NCBI GenBank assembly: GCA_021818905.1
Contig: JAKASS010000003.1
Location: 10,445 to 74,444 of the forward strand
DNA from: Nanobdellota archaeon
Lineage (GTDB): Archaea; Nanobdellota; Nanobdellia; Parvarchaeales; Parvarchaeaceae
Direction of reading: 5' to 3'
DNA length: 64,000 nt
The notes under the pieces are model-generated. The model was given only the letters and a program-made list of their open reading frames with translations, was not told the origin of the DNA and did no database searches. Numbering within the stretch: position 1 is the first letter of the stretch; each line of letters opens with the position of its first letter. A program made the position numbers and the translations under genes. Shown here one piece after another: positions 38,661 to 46,975 of this stretch.

Positions 38661-41537
38661 ATGGGTTACTATAGCGATTCAGAATTAATTAGAAAGCTAA
38701 AGGTAAGACAACATAAAAATTATATTTCTACAAAGGAACATAAATTTGAGGGAATTTTATTTAAAAAACGGATCACTAACCCAGACGACTTGCCTGCCGA
38801 AATAAGAAAAATGGATACATTTAATAAAATACGCAATTTTTTCCCGATACAGATTAAAGCATTCGACGCCGGAATTTTAAATCACAGAAATTTAGTACTT
38901 TGCGCACCGACTGGTATGGGAAAAACTCTACCAATAGACATTTCAGCTATTAAGACCGTTGTTGATGGTCATAAAAAAGTAATATTTTTAGAACCTTATC
39001 TCGCAATAACGAACCAAAAGGTAGGAACGTTAGCTAATGAAACTTTAAATATAATTCCTGGACAATTTACTGGAGAAACGAATGATAATCCTTCTAGATC
39101 AAATATAATTTACGCCACCGCTGAAAAACTGTTTCTAGCGATACAAAATAGAGAAATCTGGTTAAATGATGTTGGTTTACTAGTTGTTGATGAATGTGAC
39201 ATTCTGAATGATATTAACCGGGGCGCAATTCTAGAAGAAGTAATTAGTTGCTTTATAACTCTATACAAAGATGCACAGATTGTGATGTTGTCGGCGACAT
39301 TATCTAATGGAGAAGATTTGGCCAAATGGATTGGGGGAACATACATAAGTGATAATACGCGTAATGTTAAGATAAAATACGAACTTTATCCGACATTTGA
39401 TTTCACTGTAGAAGAATTAAAAAAGATTGAAGAGCAAGAAAATCAAATCTTTATCACATTAGAAAATCCGATAAAACCGCTAGAAAATAAAAACCCGTCT
39501 GAAAATGAGATATTAGTTGCCACCTCCACTAGAAAGGAGGCAAAAAAACTATGTTGGAAATTACTAAAATCTAGAGGTACTCACTCATCTACTCAAGACC
39601 TTGGTAGATATTTAAGTGAATTAGGAAAAAAAATAAAAAGGGAAGCAAAGTATGGGATGGATAAGATTTCTAAGATGGTGTCTATAACCGTTCATGCTGA
39701 AGTTGCAGTTCATAACGCGGGTTTAACAAGAAAGCAAAGAACTTTAATAGAAAGCGCATTCGAAGAAAAACTTATAAAAATATTAGTATGTACCCCAACT
39801 CTAAATAGAGGAATTAATTTGCAGCTTAAAAAACTTATTTTATACAATGGAATAAAAAAAGCGGAGGGATTGATGACTGTATCAGAATTCCATCAGCTAT
39901 GTGGGCGTGTTGGGAGACCTGGTCAAGAAAACGTGGGTGAGGTTATAATATGTTGCAATAGCTTTGAGGAGATGGTCGTTGCGAAGGAGAAAATAATGGG
40001 ACGATATGAACTCGTTGAATCCAAATTAAAACCGCACATCGCAAGTTTTATTATTCTTCTTGTAGGTGCGGGATACTCTCTCAAGATAATAAGCCAAATT
40101 TTAATGAATACTCTATTCGCTTCTATGAATTTTGAGTCACCCATAGTTAAAGATTTTAATGAAGCGGCTTTGCTGTCTACTATAAAAAGTGCGCCAACAA
40201 TTTTCGATTTAATAAATGAAACGCCAAAATTAACAAAATTCGGGGAACTATGTTTTAGGTATAGTGGCTACGAACTAAAGGATATAAAAGAACTATGTAA
40301 GTCAATAACTAAGAAAGCAAAGGATGAGACACTGAATAAAAGTGATTTAATTGAGCTAATAAACACTTTGATTTCTAAAAGAAAAAGTCAACATGCGGAA
40401 TGGACTTTGCTTCTAAATGCTTGGTTAAGTGGTGATAAAAATGTTCCTAAGCCTCTAGAAACTGAAAAAACGGATTTTGGAACGAAAGACTTTAAAGAGT
40501 TTAAAAAACGATCTAAAAATATAAGTAATCTAATTTGTTCACTTATAGAATATAATGACATTGATAAATCTTCAATTTTTTGGATATTCGGATTACCAAA
40601 TTGCATTGAATTCGGGCTGGACCCTATTAAATACGGAGAGTTAGCCGCGATATCGAATAATAGAAAGCAGGCATGTTTACTTACAGAGGGTTTTGATGGC
40701 AGCATAAAAATAGCGAGCGAAAAAACGCTTAATGAATACAGAGAGATATTAGGACATAACTCATTTGCATCTTCTATGGGTATACTTAAAAAATTAAATA
40801 AAATATTAGGAAAACCGGAGCGAGTGAGCGTCGGCGAAGCAGTTAATTTTATTCATTGTCCGTTGTCGTTTTTATTAGACTATTATTACAGCTTAAAGAA
40901 TATGGAAATGCTAGAGAAAGATATACAAGAAAAAACAGAAATTGGGGGAAATGTACATAAATATATACATAAGTTCTGTGAATATTGGAATCACGTAGGA
41001 ACGATAGTAAAGGCAAAAGGGCTTACATTAGACTTAATTGGAAGAGATTCTCCTAATAATATTGACGAAATAACCTCTGCTTTTAATAATTTCTGTAATT
41101 TTTTACTATCAAATAATTTTAAAGCTGCGAACTCCTCTGAAAAAGTTATAGAAAGTAAAAAATTGGAAATTCAAGGCATATTAGATTTAGTGCTTTTGGA
41201 TTATAATAATTATTTAACATTAATAGAAATAAAATCTGGCGACTTTCAGGAATACAGATATGAACAATGGGACCAAAATCAAATTTATTTGTATTATCTT
41301 ATTTTAAGAGACTGCGACATAGATATAAAAGATGCCTTTGTTTTATATTTAAAACCTCTAACTGCGTCATATGTTGATTTAAGCGAAGAAAAATTACGAA
41401 AAATTTCTTCTTATATAGGAGCGATGCGTAATTTAATGAGTCGCGTGGACGCACTTAAAGATGAGAATCTAAGAGGACTTTGTACTTGCAGAAACTCTTC
41501 TCATAAATGCGTATGCAATCAACTTTTTGATGAATAA
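38661..41537 (+). CDS. Ski2/Hel308-like SF2 helicase fused to a C-terminal Cas4/RecB-type Fe-S PD-(D/E)xK nuclease
   Basis: Helicase motifs: Q motif FPIQ, I APTGMGKT (aa 82-89), II DECD (177-180), III SAT (211-213), IVa HNAGL (351-355), VI QLCGRVGRPG (412-421). Nuclease motifs: CPLSF (Cys733), D842/D847...E856-I-K858, Q-x3-Y (872-878), and a terminal C-x-C-x6-C-x-C (941-952). Confidence 0.7.
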   Translation: MGYYSDSELIRKLKVRQHKNYISTKEHKFEGILFKKRITNPDDLPAEIRKMDTFNKIRNFFPIQIKAFDAGILNHRNLVLCAPTGMGKTLPIDISAIKTVVDGHKKVIFLEPYLAITNQKVGTLANETLNIIPGQFTGETNDNPSRSNIIYATAEKLFLAIQNREIWLNDVGLLVVDECDILNDINRGAILEEVISCFITLYKDAQIVMLSATLSNGEDLAKWIGGTYISDNTRNVKIKYELYPTFDFTVEELKKIEEQENQIFITLENPIKPLENKNPSENEILVATSTRKEAKKLCWKLLKSRGTHSSTQDLGRYLSELGKKIKREAKYGMDKISKMVSITVHAEVAVHNAGLTRKQRTLIESAFEEKLIKILVCTPTLNRGINLQLKKLILYNGIKKAEGLMTVSEFHQLCGRVGRPGQENVGEVIICCNSFEEMVVAKEKIMGRYELVESKLKPHIASFIILLVGAGYSLKIISQILMNTLFASMNFESPIVKDFNEAALLSTIKSAPTIFDLINETPKLTKFGELCFRYSGYELKDIKELCKSITKKAKDETLNKSDLIELINTLISKRKSQHAEWTLLLNAWLSGDKNVPKPLETEKTDFGTKDFKEFKKRSKNISNLICSLIEYNDIDKSSIFWIFGLPNCIEFGLDPIKYGELAAISNNRKQACLLTEGFDGSIKIASEKTLNEYREILGHNSFASSMGILKKLNKILGKPERVSVGEAVNFIHCPLSFLLDYYYSLKNMEMLEKDIQEKTEIGGNVHKYIHKFCEYWNHVGTIVKAKGLTLDLIGRDSPNNIDEITSAFNNFCNFLLSNNFKAANSSEKVIESKKLEIQGILDLVLLDYNNYLTLIEIKSGDFQEYRYEQWDQNQIYLYYLILRDCDIDIKDAFVLYLKPLTASYVDLSEEKLRKISSYIGAMRNLMSRVDALKDENLRGLCTCRNSSHKCVCNQLFDE

Positions 41538-41587
41538 ATCTTATATTATTTAATTTTAATGCCAACGCTCTCTGGTCCAATTATTAT

Positions 41588-41617
41588 CTGAGCACAGAAT
41601 TAACACATGGTGCTCAG
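41588..41617. terminator. Hairpin between convergent genes (candidate bidirectional terminator)
   Basis: CTGAGCAC-14 nt-GTGCTCAG with T-rich flanks, between the helicase-nuclease (+) and the multi-HTH gene (-). Confidence 0.35.
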
Positions 41618-42582
41618 TTTTCATAGGTTCTCCTATTTTTTAGCGCCATTTGTATTTCGCTTATTTTTCGCTTACTAAAACCATTAGGTTGTTTGATATC
41701 CAAGAAAGCTTTTATAGCAACTGCTTCTTTTCCTGGAAGACAGTAAATTGCCACCTTGCCGATTATTACTGATTTAATGAGTGCATTTTTCCCTATTCGC
41801 TTGAATATCATTATATTTTTGCGGTTAGATATTACATACCCTCTGTTTATCAGATTGCACAGGATTTGAAAATAAACTCCGCCTATCCTACTGTGTTTTC
41901 CTTTTAAGTCAGACGTCCACCTGACTATTGTCGGATAGCTCACTTTTAGCATGTTAGATAGTTCAGTCTTCTGAACACCGCTCTTTATCAGCCGTCTTAC
42001 CTTTTTCTTAAACTTGTCTGGATACCTTTTGAGTTCTGGCGCGCGGTTTAGCCACTTGTTAAGGGTTTTTAGGTTTATTCCTAGCTCCGCTGCGGTCTTA
42101 AGTCTGGACTTTCCTGAAGCGACTAAATCTAGCGCTTTTTTTCTAAATTCGTCCGTATAGATTACTTGCTTGTTTGATATCGGTATGTTCCATCTGTTTA
42201 TAGTGCTTATCGCTATTCCAAGACGCCCAGCCGTTTCGGTCCTGCTGAGCCCAGAAGAAAGCATTTCTACGGCTCTTTGTTTTACGCTTTCTGGTAACCT
42301 GTGATAGGTTGAAATGCCATAAAGCCATTTTGCAAGAGTTCCGTACGGGATGCCAAGTTCCGCTGATATTTTGTATCTCGACTTGCCTTCTAAAGCAAGG
42401 GCTTTAGCTTTCTCTTTTACCTCTTGCGGATAAATTCGTGCGTTAATACTTGGTATCTGCCAAGTACTTAACGTGCCTAGGGGTACACCTAATTGCAGAG
42501 CAGTAGCATATTTTGTCATTCCTGACGTTATAAGTTCCTTTGCTTTGCTTCTGATATCGTCGGGATACTTGCTTCCTTTCAT
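41614..42582 (-). CDS. Protein with five tandem about 45-aa helix-turn-helix repeats and a C-terminal domain of unknown function
   Basis: The repeats follow the pattern x.K.KA.EL..SG.S....A..LGI...TL..W (transposase-type HTH). No DDE, tyrosine-recombinase or serine-recombinase catalytic motifs were seen. The gene is next to the att-like repeat and tRNA-Leu. Confidence 0.5.
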   Translation of the reverse strand: MKGSKYPDDIRSKAKELITSGMTKYATALQLGVPLGTLSTWQIPSINARIYPQEVKEKAKALALEGKSRYKISAELGIPYGTLAKWLYGISTYHRLPESVKQRAVEMLSSGLSRTETAGRLGIAISTINRWNIPISNKQVIYTDEFRKKALDLVASGKSRLKTAAELGINLKTLNKWLNRAPELKRYPDKFKKKVRRLIKSGVQKTELSNMLKVSYPTIVRWTSDLKGKHSRIGGVYFQILCNLINRGYVISNRKNIMIFKRIGKNALIKSVIIGKVAIYCLPGKEAVAIKAFLDIKQPNGFSKRKISEIQMALKNRRTYEN

Positions 42583-42704
42583 AGTATTTCATGAAAACGC
42601 ATATTAAAACCGTCTTCGGTCGTTGCCCAAAACAGGCTATTTTTAGAGGGAGCTTTTTGCGAACCGATTTTCAGAAATGGGCACTGGCGGGCAATCAGTA
42701 ACGT

Positions 42705-42750
42705 TCTGTGAAGCAGATTGCCCAAAAATCACTTTCGGAACTACTGGGGA
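42705..42750 (+). repeat. Right copy of the 45-46 nt direct repeat, abutting the 3' end of tRNA-Leu
   Basis: tctgtgAagcagattgcccaaaaatcActttcggaactactgggga. It ends 1 nt before the tRNA discriminator base. Confidence 0.6.
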
Positions 42751-42751
42751 A

Positions 42752-42836
42752 TGCAGGGAGAGGGATTTGAACCCTCGAAGGCCTAAGCCACTAGCCCCTG
42801 AAGCTAGCACGTTTGACCGGGCTTCGCTATCCCTGC
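42752..42836 (-). tRNA. tRNA-Leu(CAG), class II with a long variable arm; CCA is not encoded
   Basis: Cloverleaf folded by hand. Acceptor stem GCAGGGA/UCCCUGC. Anticodon stem CUAGC/GCUAG around the loop UUCAGGG. T arm GAGGG-UUCAAAU-CCCUC. 85 nt. Confidence 0.75.
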
Positions 42837-42880
42837 GCCGTATTATATCTTTACCTCTATGCGGATTAAGAAGATGATTT

Positions 42881-43279
42881 TTATTTGTACCCTAACGTAT
42901 TTTTTACAGTTATTACGAACTCTTCGGCGTTCTTCAAAGTGTTTTCTACGGCTACTTTATCAGGTTCTATTGTCACATCATATGTACTAGCTTGTCTTAT
43001 AGCCAATGCGCGATTCAAATATCTAGAAAATTTCTTTTCTAATTTTCCCGTTTTTATGTAATAGTTACTGAAAGAGGCTACAACGCCTCGGTGCGTTTTT
43101 GGAGGCCTTATTCTTGCGCTTATTAGCGCTGCGGTGGCGGAATAGAACATTGCATAATAAGCCAGGCTTGCGGCCGGTCTAAGCAGTGAGTTCTCAAAAT
43201 TAAGATAGGACTCCTCGAGTGTCTTATCCGCTAGTTTTACGTAGCTTTCCAGTAAGCTTTTCGAATACACTTCTTCCAT
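42881..43279 (-). CDS. HEPN-domain protein (toxin half of a HEPN-MNT pair)
   Basis: 132-aa alpha-helical protein whose reading frame overlaps the upstream MNT gene. Confidence 0.55.
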   Translation of the reverse strand: MEEVYSKSLLESYVKLADKTLEESYLNFENSLLRPAASLAYYAMFYSATAALISARIRPPKTHRGVVASFSNYYIKTGKLEKKFSRYLNRALAIRQASTYDVTIEPDKVAVENTLKNAEEFVITVKNTLGYK

Positions 43280-43721
43280 AAAGTCCTATTGCGTCTTCAC
43301 TAACATTTCTTATAAACGGTGTGCCTAGCATCACCGATTTCCTCAAAGTTTCTGGCGTTACAAAAAATAAAGATATAAAAAACGCGAAATCGTTCTCCAA
43401 TTCGAAGTCTACCAAGGTGTCATATGCCCTAGACGTGAAATTTAGGTCATTAGCATATTTAGTTAAGACCATGATGTCTATGTCGCTGCTTCTTTTGGCA
43501 TGGCCTCTCGAAACAGAGCCATAGAGCACTATTGCGTCTATCTTTTTGCCAAATTTCAAAGATAGTCGCCCCGCAAATTCTTGCGCTACCCTTCTATATT
43601 CTAAGCTGATGGTCTTTGCCATATTTTTCATTGGGTGCTTAAACAATTTAAGCTTTTTAGATTTTAGAAGGCGCATTCTAATTGCTGTGAAGCCTAAGCC
43701 ACTGGCCCCTGAAGCTAGCAC
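43224..43721 (-). CDS. Minimal nucleotidyltransferase (MNT antitoxin-like)
   Basis: GSVSRGHAKRSSDIDI matches the GS-x9-13-D-x-D motif of pol-beta-superfamily NTases. The true start is probably an internal Met (MKNMAK). Confidence 0.65.
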   Translation of the reverse strand: MLASGASGLGFTAIRMRLLKSKKLKLFKHPMKNMAKTISLEYRRVAQEFAGRLSLKFGKKIDAIVLYGSVSRGHAKRSSDIDIMVLTKYANDLNFTSRAYDTLVDFELENDFAFFISLFFVTPETLRKSVMLGTPFIRNVSEDAIGLYGRSVFEKLTGKLRKTSG

Positions 43722-43747
43722 ATTTGACCGGGCTTCGCTATCCCTGC
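43692..43747 (-). repeat. Degenerate duplicate of the 5' half of tRNA-Leu, in direct orientation to the intact gene
   Basis: 56 nt with 2 mismatches relative to 42781-42836 (tRNA positions 1 to about 56). The mismatches break the anticodon and D stems. Confidence 0.7.
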
Positions 43748-43804
43748 ATGTATCTAAATAGGTTGTAATGAATTTATTTAAAGCCTCTGCGGATAAAATA
43801 TACC

Positions 43805-44224
43805 ATGAAAGTTTTGTTTATCTGCAAATACAATGCTGGCAGGAGCAGGATGGCGGAAGCATTTTTCAATGAATTTTCAAAGGAAAATACTGCCCTGAGT
43901 CGGGGGATAGAGCCCTATCCTGATTCGCCATCGGCTGAGCGTGGACTTAAAGGGACGATAGAAGTGATGAAGGAGGTCGGCATAAAAATCCCATATAAAC
44001 CCGGAAGTCCAGTTACAAAAGAAGACGTCGAAGAAGCCAATCTAGTGGTAGTCTTATTGGACGAGAAACAACGGAATATCCTGCCCGAGTACATAACAAA
44101 TTCTCCAAAGACGAGATACGACGGCGTAGTCGATTCCGACTCGAGGAGCGCAGATTTCCTAGACCAGCATAGGGCAAACAGGGATAAAATCCAAAAAATC
44201 GTCTTAAACCTGCTTAAACAATAG
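43805..44224 (+). CDS. Low-molecular-weight phosphotyrosine phosphatase / ArsC-family protein
   Basis: CX5R(S) P-loop VLFICKYNAGRSRMAEAFF. 139 aa. The downstream ArsC cysteines are absent. Confidence 0.6.
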   Translation: MKVLFICKYNAGRSRMAEAFFNEFSKENTALSRGIEPYPDSPSAERGLKGTIEVMKEVGIKIPYKPGSPVTKEDVEEANLVVVLLDEKQRNILPEYITNSPKTRYDGVVDSDSRSADFLDQHRANRDKIQKIVLNLLKQ

Positions 44225-44303
44225 AACGGACACGCACCAATATTTCTTTCTAGAAGACTTTTTCGTCTGGGAAAGTCGTGAAGGGGGGTACTTTGCCAGA
44301 TAT

Positions 44304-44320
44304 TACGCTTGTGCATAACT
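44304..44320 (+). repeat. Short solo copy of the IS5-element terminal repeat
   Basis: tacgcttgtgcataact, about 110 nt upstream of the RHH gene. Confidence 0.45.
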
Positions 44321-44432
44321 CCATTAAATAAGCCTAACTTCGTCTGACTTGCTTTGGACTTTCTTTCCTGCTGCGCCCAGCCGGAGAAGAAAAAAGTATT
44401 TATACTATGATTATTCTTAATTATCTATAATT

Positions 44433-44651
44433 ATGGGGAATAAAAACAGCAGATTTACGACCGTTTCTATACCAAAGCCTTTGGCGGACAAGGCGAAAAA
44501 AATAATAGAAAAAACTGGCTTTACTTCTCTCTCAAGTTTTGTTGAATACCTTCTTAGGGAGATCGCCTCTGAAAGAAGAGGGGGCACTAAGGGAAAGGGG
44601 GAGGATTTAAAGGGCGTCGAAGAAAGGCTGAGGCGCCTTGGCTATCTATGA
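44433..44651 (+). CDS. Ribbon-helix-helix (CopG/Arc-like) DNA-binding protein
   Basis: VSIPKPLADKAKKIIEKTGFTSLSSFVEYLL. 72 aa. Its stop overlaps the next start. Confidence 0.6.
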   Translation: MGNKNSRFTTVSIPKPLADKAKKIIEKTGFTSLSSFVEYLLREIASERRGGTKGKGEDLKGVEERLRRLGYL

Positions 44652-44941
44652 GTAAAATAAAGGAACTGTCAGAAGCTCTATGGAAACTTCCTAGCCAGAA
44701 AAACTGGGCTGCCTTTTCAAAGGGTTTAAAAAGCAGCGGACTTAGATACTACAAAATAGTATTTGCAAACGAGGGGAAACTAAATAGAATGCAAGATCTC
44801 ACAAAATCCTTTGTCGAACTGTACGATTCTAAATATGCGCTAATAACAAAGGTGCCACTTTTCAGAAAAACCGGAAATAAAGTAGACGGCGCCACAATCT
44901 ATCTAATCGGACTATCTGTTTCAAATAAGGGGAAAATATGA
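44648..44941 (+). CDS. Hypothetical protein translationally coupled to both the RHH gene and cysD
   Basis: 97 aa with ATGA overlaps at both ends. Confidence 0.4.
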   Translation: MSKIKELSEALWKLPSQKNWAAFSKGLKSSGLRYYKIVFANEGKLNRMQDLTKSFVELYDSKYALITKVPLFRKTGNKVDGATIYLIGLSVSNKGKI

Positions 44942-45726
44942 TAAAGCAGGATTTAAAGAGTTTAGAGGGGAAGAGCATCTACATTATAAGAGAAGCCAAA
45001 TTAAAGTTCAAAAACGTGGCGGCGCTATGGAGCATGGGCAAAGATTCAACAACTATGCTCGCCTTGACTAGAAAGGCCTTTTTAGGCAAAGTCCCATTTC
45101 CAGTCATACACATAGATAACAGCATAGATTTTCCGGAAACGTACAAATTTAGACAGGATCTAGCAAAAAAATGGGGCTTAAACCTTATAGTGGCTAGAAG
45201 CGAAATAAAACCGGACATTATCGGTTCTGCTTGCTGCGGAAAAAATAAACCGGAAACGCTCAAGAAAGTCATGAAAGAATACGGCTTTGATGCACTTATA
45301 GTTTCCATAAGACGAGATGAGCATGGCATACGAAGCAAAGAGAGGTACATGAGCCCAAGAGACGAAAAATTTCGATGGAATTTCAAGGATCAACCGGCAG
45401 AACTGTGGGATGATTACTCCTCGAAGCTTGACGAAGCGGGGCACGTGCGGGTCCATCCGATACTTGACTTTAACGAGATTGACATATGGAATTATATAAA
45501 AAAGGAGCGCGTACCAGTCAATCCACTATACTTTTCAAGAGACGGCTACCGATACAGAAGTCTAGGTTGCACGCACTGCACGACCCCTATAAAGTCCGCC
45601 GCAAAAAACGTTGACGACATAATAAAAGAGCTATCGACTACAAAAACCGAAGAAAGATCTGGGAGGAGCATGGACAAAGAAAACGCATATGTGATGGAGC
45701 GATTGCGCCAATTTGGATACATGTGA
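44938..45726 (+). CDS. cysD: Sulfate adenylyltransferase subunit 2 (CysD, PAPS-reductase-like PP-loop)
   Basis: SMGKDSTTMLAL PP-loop and PFPVIHIDN, matching the CysD pattern. Confidence 0.7.
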   Translation: MIKQDLKSLEGKSIYIIREAKLKFKNVAALWSMGKDSTTMLALTRKAFLGKVPFPVIHIDNSIDFPETYKFRQDLAKKWGLNLIVARSEIKPDIIGSACCGKNKPETLKKVMKEYGFDALIVSIRRDEHGIRSKERYMSPRDEKFRWNFKDQPAELWDDYSSKLDEAGHVRVHPILDFNEIDIWNYIKKERVPVNPLYFSRDGYRYRSLGCTHCTTPIKSAAKNVDDIIKELSTTKTEERSGRSMDKENAYVMERLRQFGYM

Positions 45727-45745
45727 AAGACCATAGACGATTTGT

Positions 45746-46969
45746 ATGAAAGTTTACCCGATATCTCTGCTAGGACATAAAGACCACGGAAAATCTACAC
45801 TTATTGGCAGCTTGCTGATGCAAACCGGTGCCGCTACGCAAGCCAGAATTCAAGAAGCGGAACAATACAGTAAAAAATTGCATAAAGACTTCGAACCTGC
45901 TTTCATACTCGACAGCTTCGCTGAGGAACGAACCGGAGAGATGACCATAGATACTACAAGGGCAGAGATAACCTACAAAGGGCTTGCTTTTGCACTGATA
46001 GACGTGCCCGGGCATGAAGAACTGATAAAAAATATGATAAGCGGGGCCAGCTACGGTGAAATAGCGATTCTACTTGTCTCCGCAAAGGGGGGAGAAGGTA
46101 TACAGCCGCAAACGAAGAGACATCTCTACATCGCAAGAATGCTCGGAATAGACACACTGATAGTCGCGGTAAATAAAATGGACCTAATCGACTATGACCA
46201 AGAAAAATTCGAGGAGATAAGACACGATTTATCGAGTTTCATAGAAAAAATAGGCTTTGAAAGAAGCAAAGTGCACTTTGTGCCGATTTCTGCTTACAAA
46301 GGAGAAAACTTAGTGAAAACCTGCAAGAGTCTGGATTGGTACGGCGAGGGAACACTTTTAGACGTGATTTACAGAAGCGTTAAAAAAGAAGAAAAAGCTG
46401 TCGGTGGTCCCTTAAGGATCGTAGCACAAGGCAGCATAGTCAGTGCCGGAAAAAGCATGGTGGTCGGTAGAGTGATAAACGGGAGCATAAAGAAGGGAGA
46501 AAGAGTATGCTTTCTACCATCTAAAATCGCCGCTGTCGTCAGTGATATAGTCGTAAATGGGAAAAAAGTAGGCAGAGCTTTTTCTGGAGATAACGTAGCC
46601 CTTGCCTTTAAAAATAAGATCAATGGAGAAACGCGCGGCTCTGTGATATATAGCGGTGAGAATAAACCATCACTAAAAGATTCTATAAACGCCAGGATAT
46701 TCCTGGCCGGGAAACTCGGGAAGGATTTAAAAATAAAATTTAACGGTATCGATGTCGGATGCAAGGGGATAAAGATTTTGCGTAAGATAGACCCGACTAC
46801 CGGCGATAGCAGCAGTGCTAAAAATATAAAACCACTAGACGCGGCAGAGGCCGAGGTGACTTTAATCAAAAATATACCCACAGAGGATTATAATATTACA
46901 AGAGAGCTCGGAAGATTCGTCTTTTACAGCGGAAATAAGTTTTTGGGTATCGGGATAATAGAACGATAA
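45746..46969 (+). CDS. cysN: Sulfate adenylyltransferase subunit 1 GTPase (CysN/NodQ-like, no APS-kinase domain)
   Basis: GHKDHGKSTLIG, DVPGHE, NMISGAS..IAILLVSA, QTKRHLYIARMLGI and NKMDL, matching the CysN signature. Confidence 0.7.
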   Translation: MKVYPISLLGHKDHGKSTLIGSLLMQTGAATQARIQEAEQYSKKLHKDFEPAFILDSFAEERTGEMTIDTTRAEITYKGLAFALIDVPGHEELIKNMISGASYGEIAILLVSAKGGEGIQPQTKRHLYIARMLGIDTLIVAVNKMDLIDYDQEKFEEIRHDLSSFIEKIGFERSKVHFVPISAYKGENLVKTCKSLDWYGEGTLLDVIYRSVKKEEKAVGGPLRIVAQGSIVSAGKSMVVGRVINGSIKKGERVCFLPSKIAAVVSDIVVNGKKVGRAFSGDNVALAFKNKINGETRGSVIYSGENKPSLKDSINARIFLAGKLGKDLKIKFNGIDVGCKGIKILRKIDPTTGDSSSAKNIKPLDAAEAEVTLIKNIPTEDYNITRELGRFVFYSGNKFLGIGIIER

Positions 46970-46975
46970 GTTTAT

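Noticed and set aside
42677-42877. 66-aa track ORF on the plus strand
   Set aside because: It runs antisense through tRNA-Leu and the att-like repeat and is not coding.
43805-44224. Annotation as arsenate reductase ArsC
   Set aside because: The CX5R P-loop is present, but the downstream Cys82/Cys89-equivalent residues of thioredoxin-coupled ArsC are absent. The gene was therefore called only as an LMW-PTP-family member.
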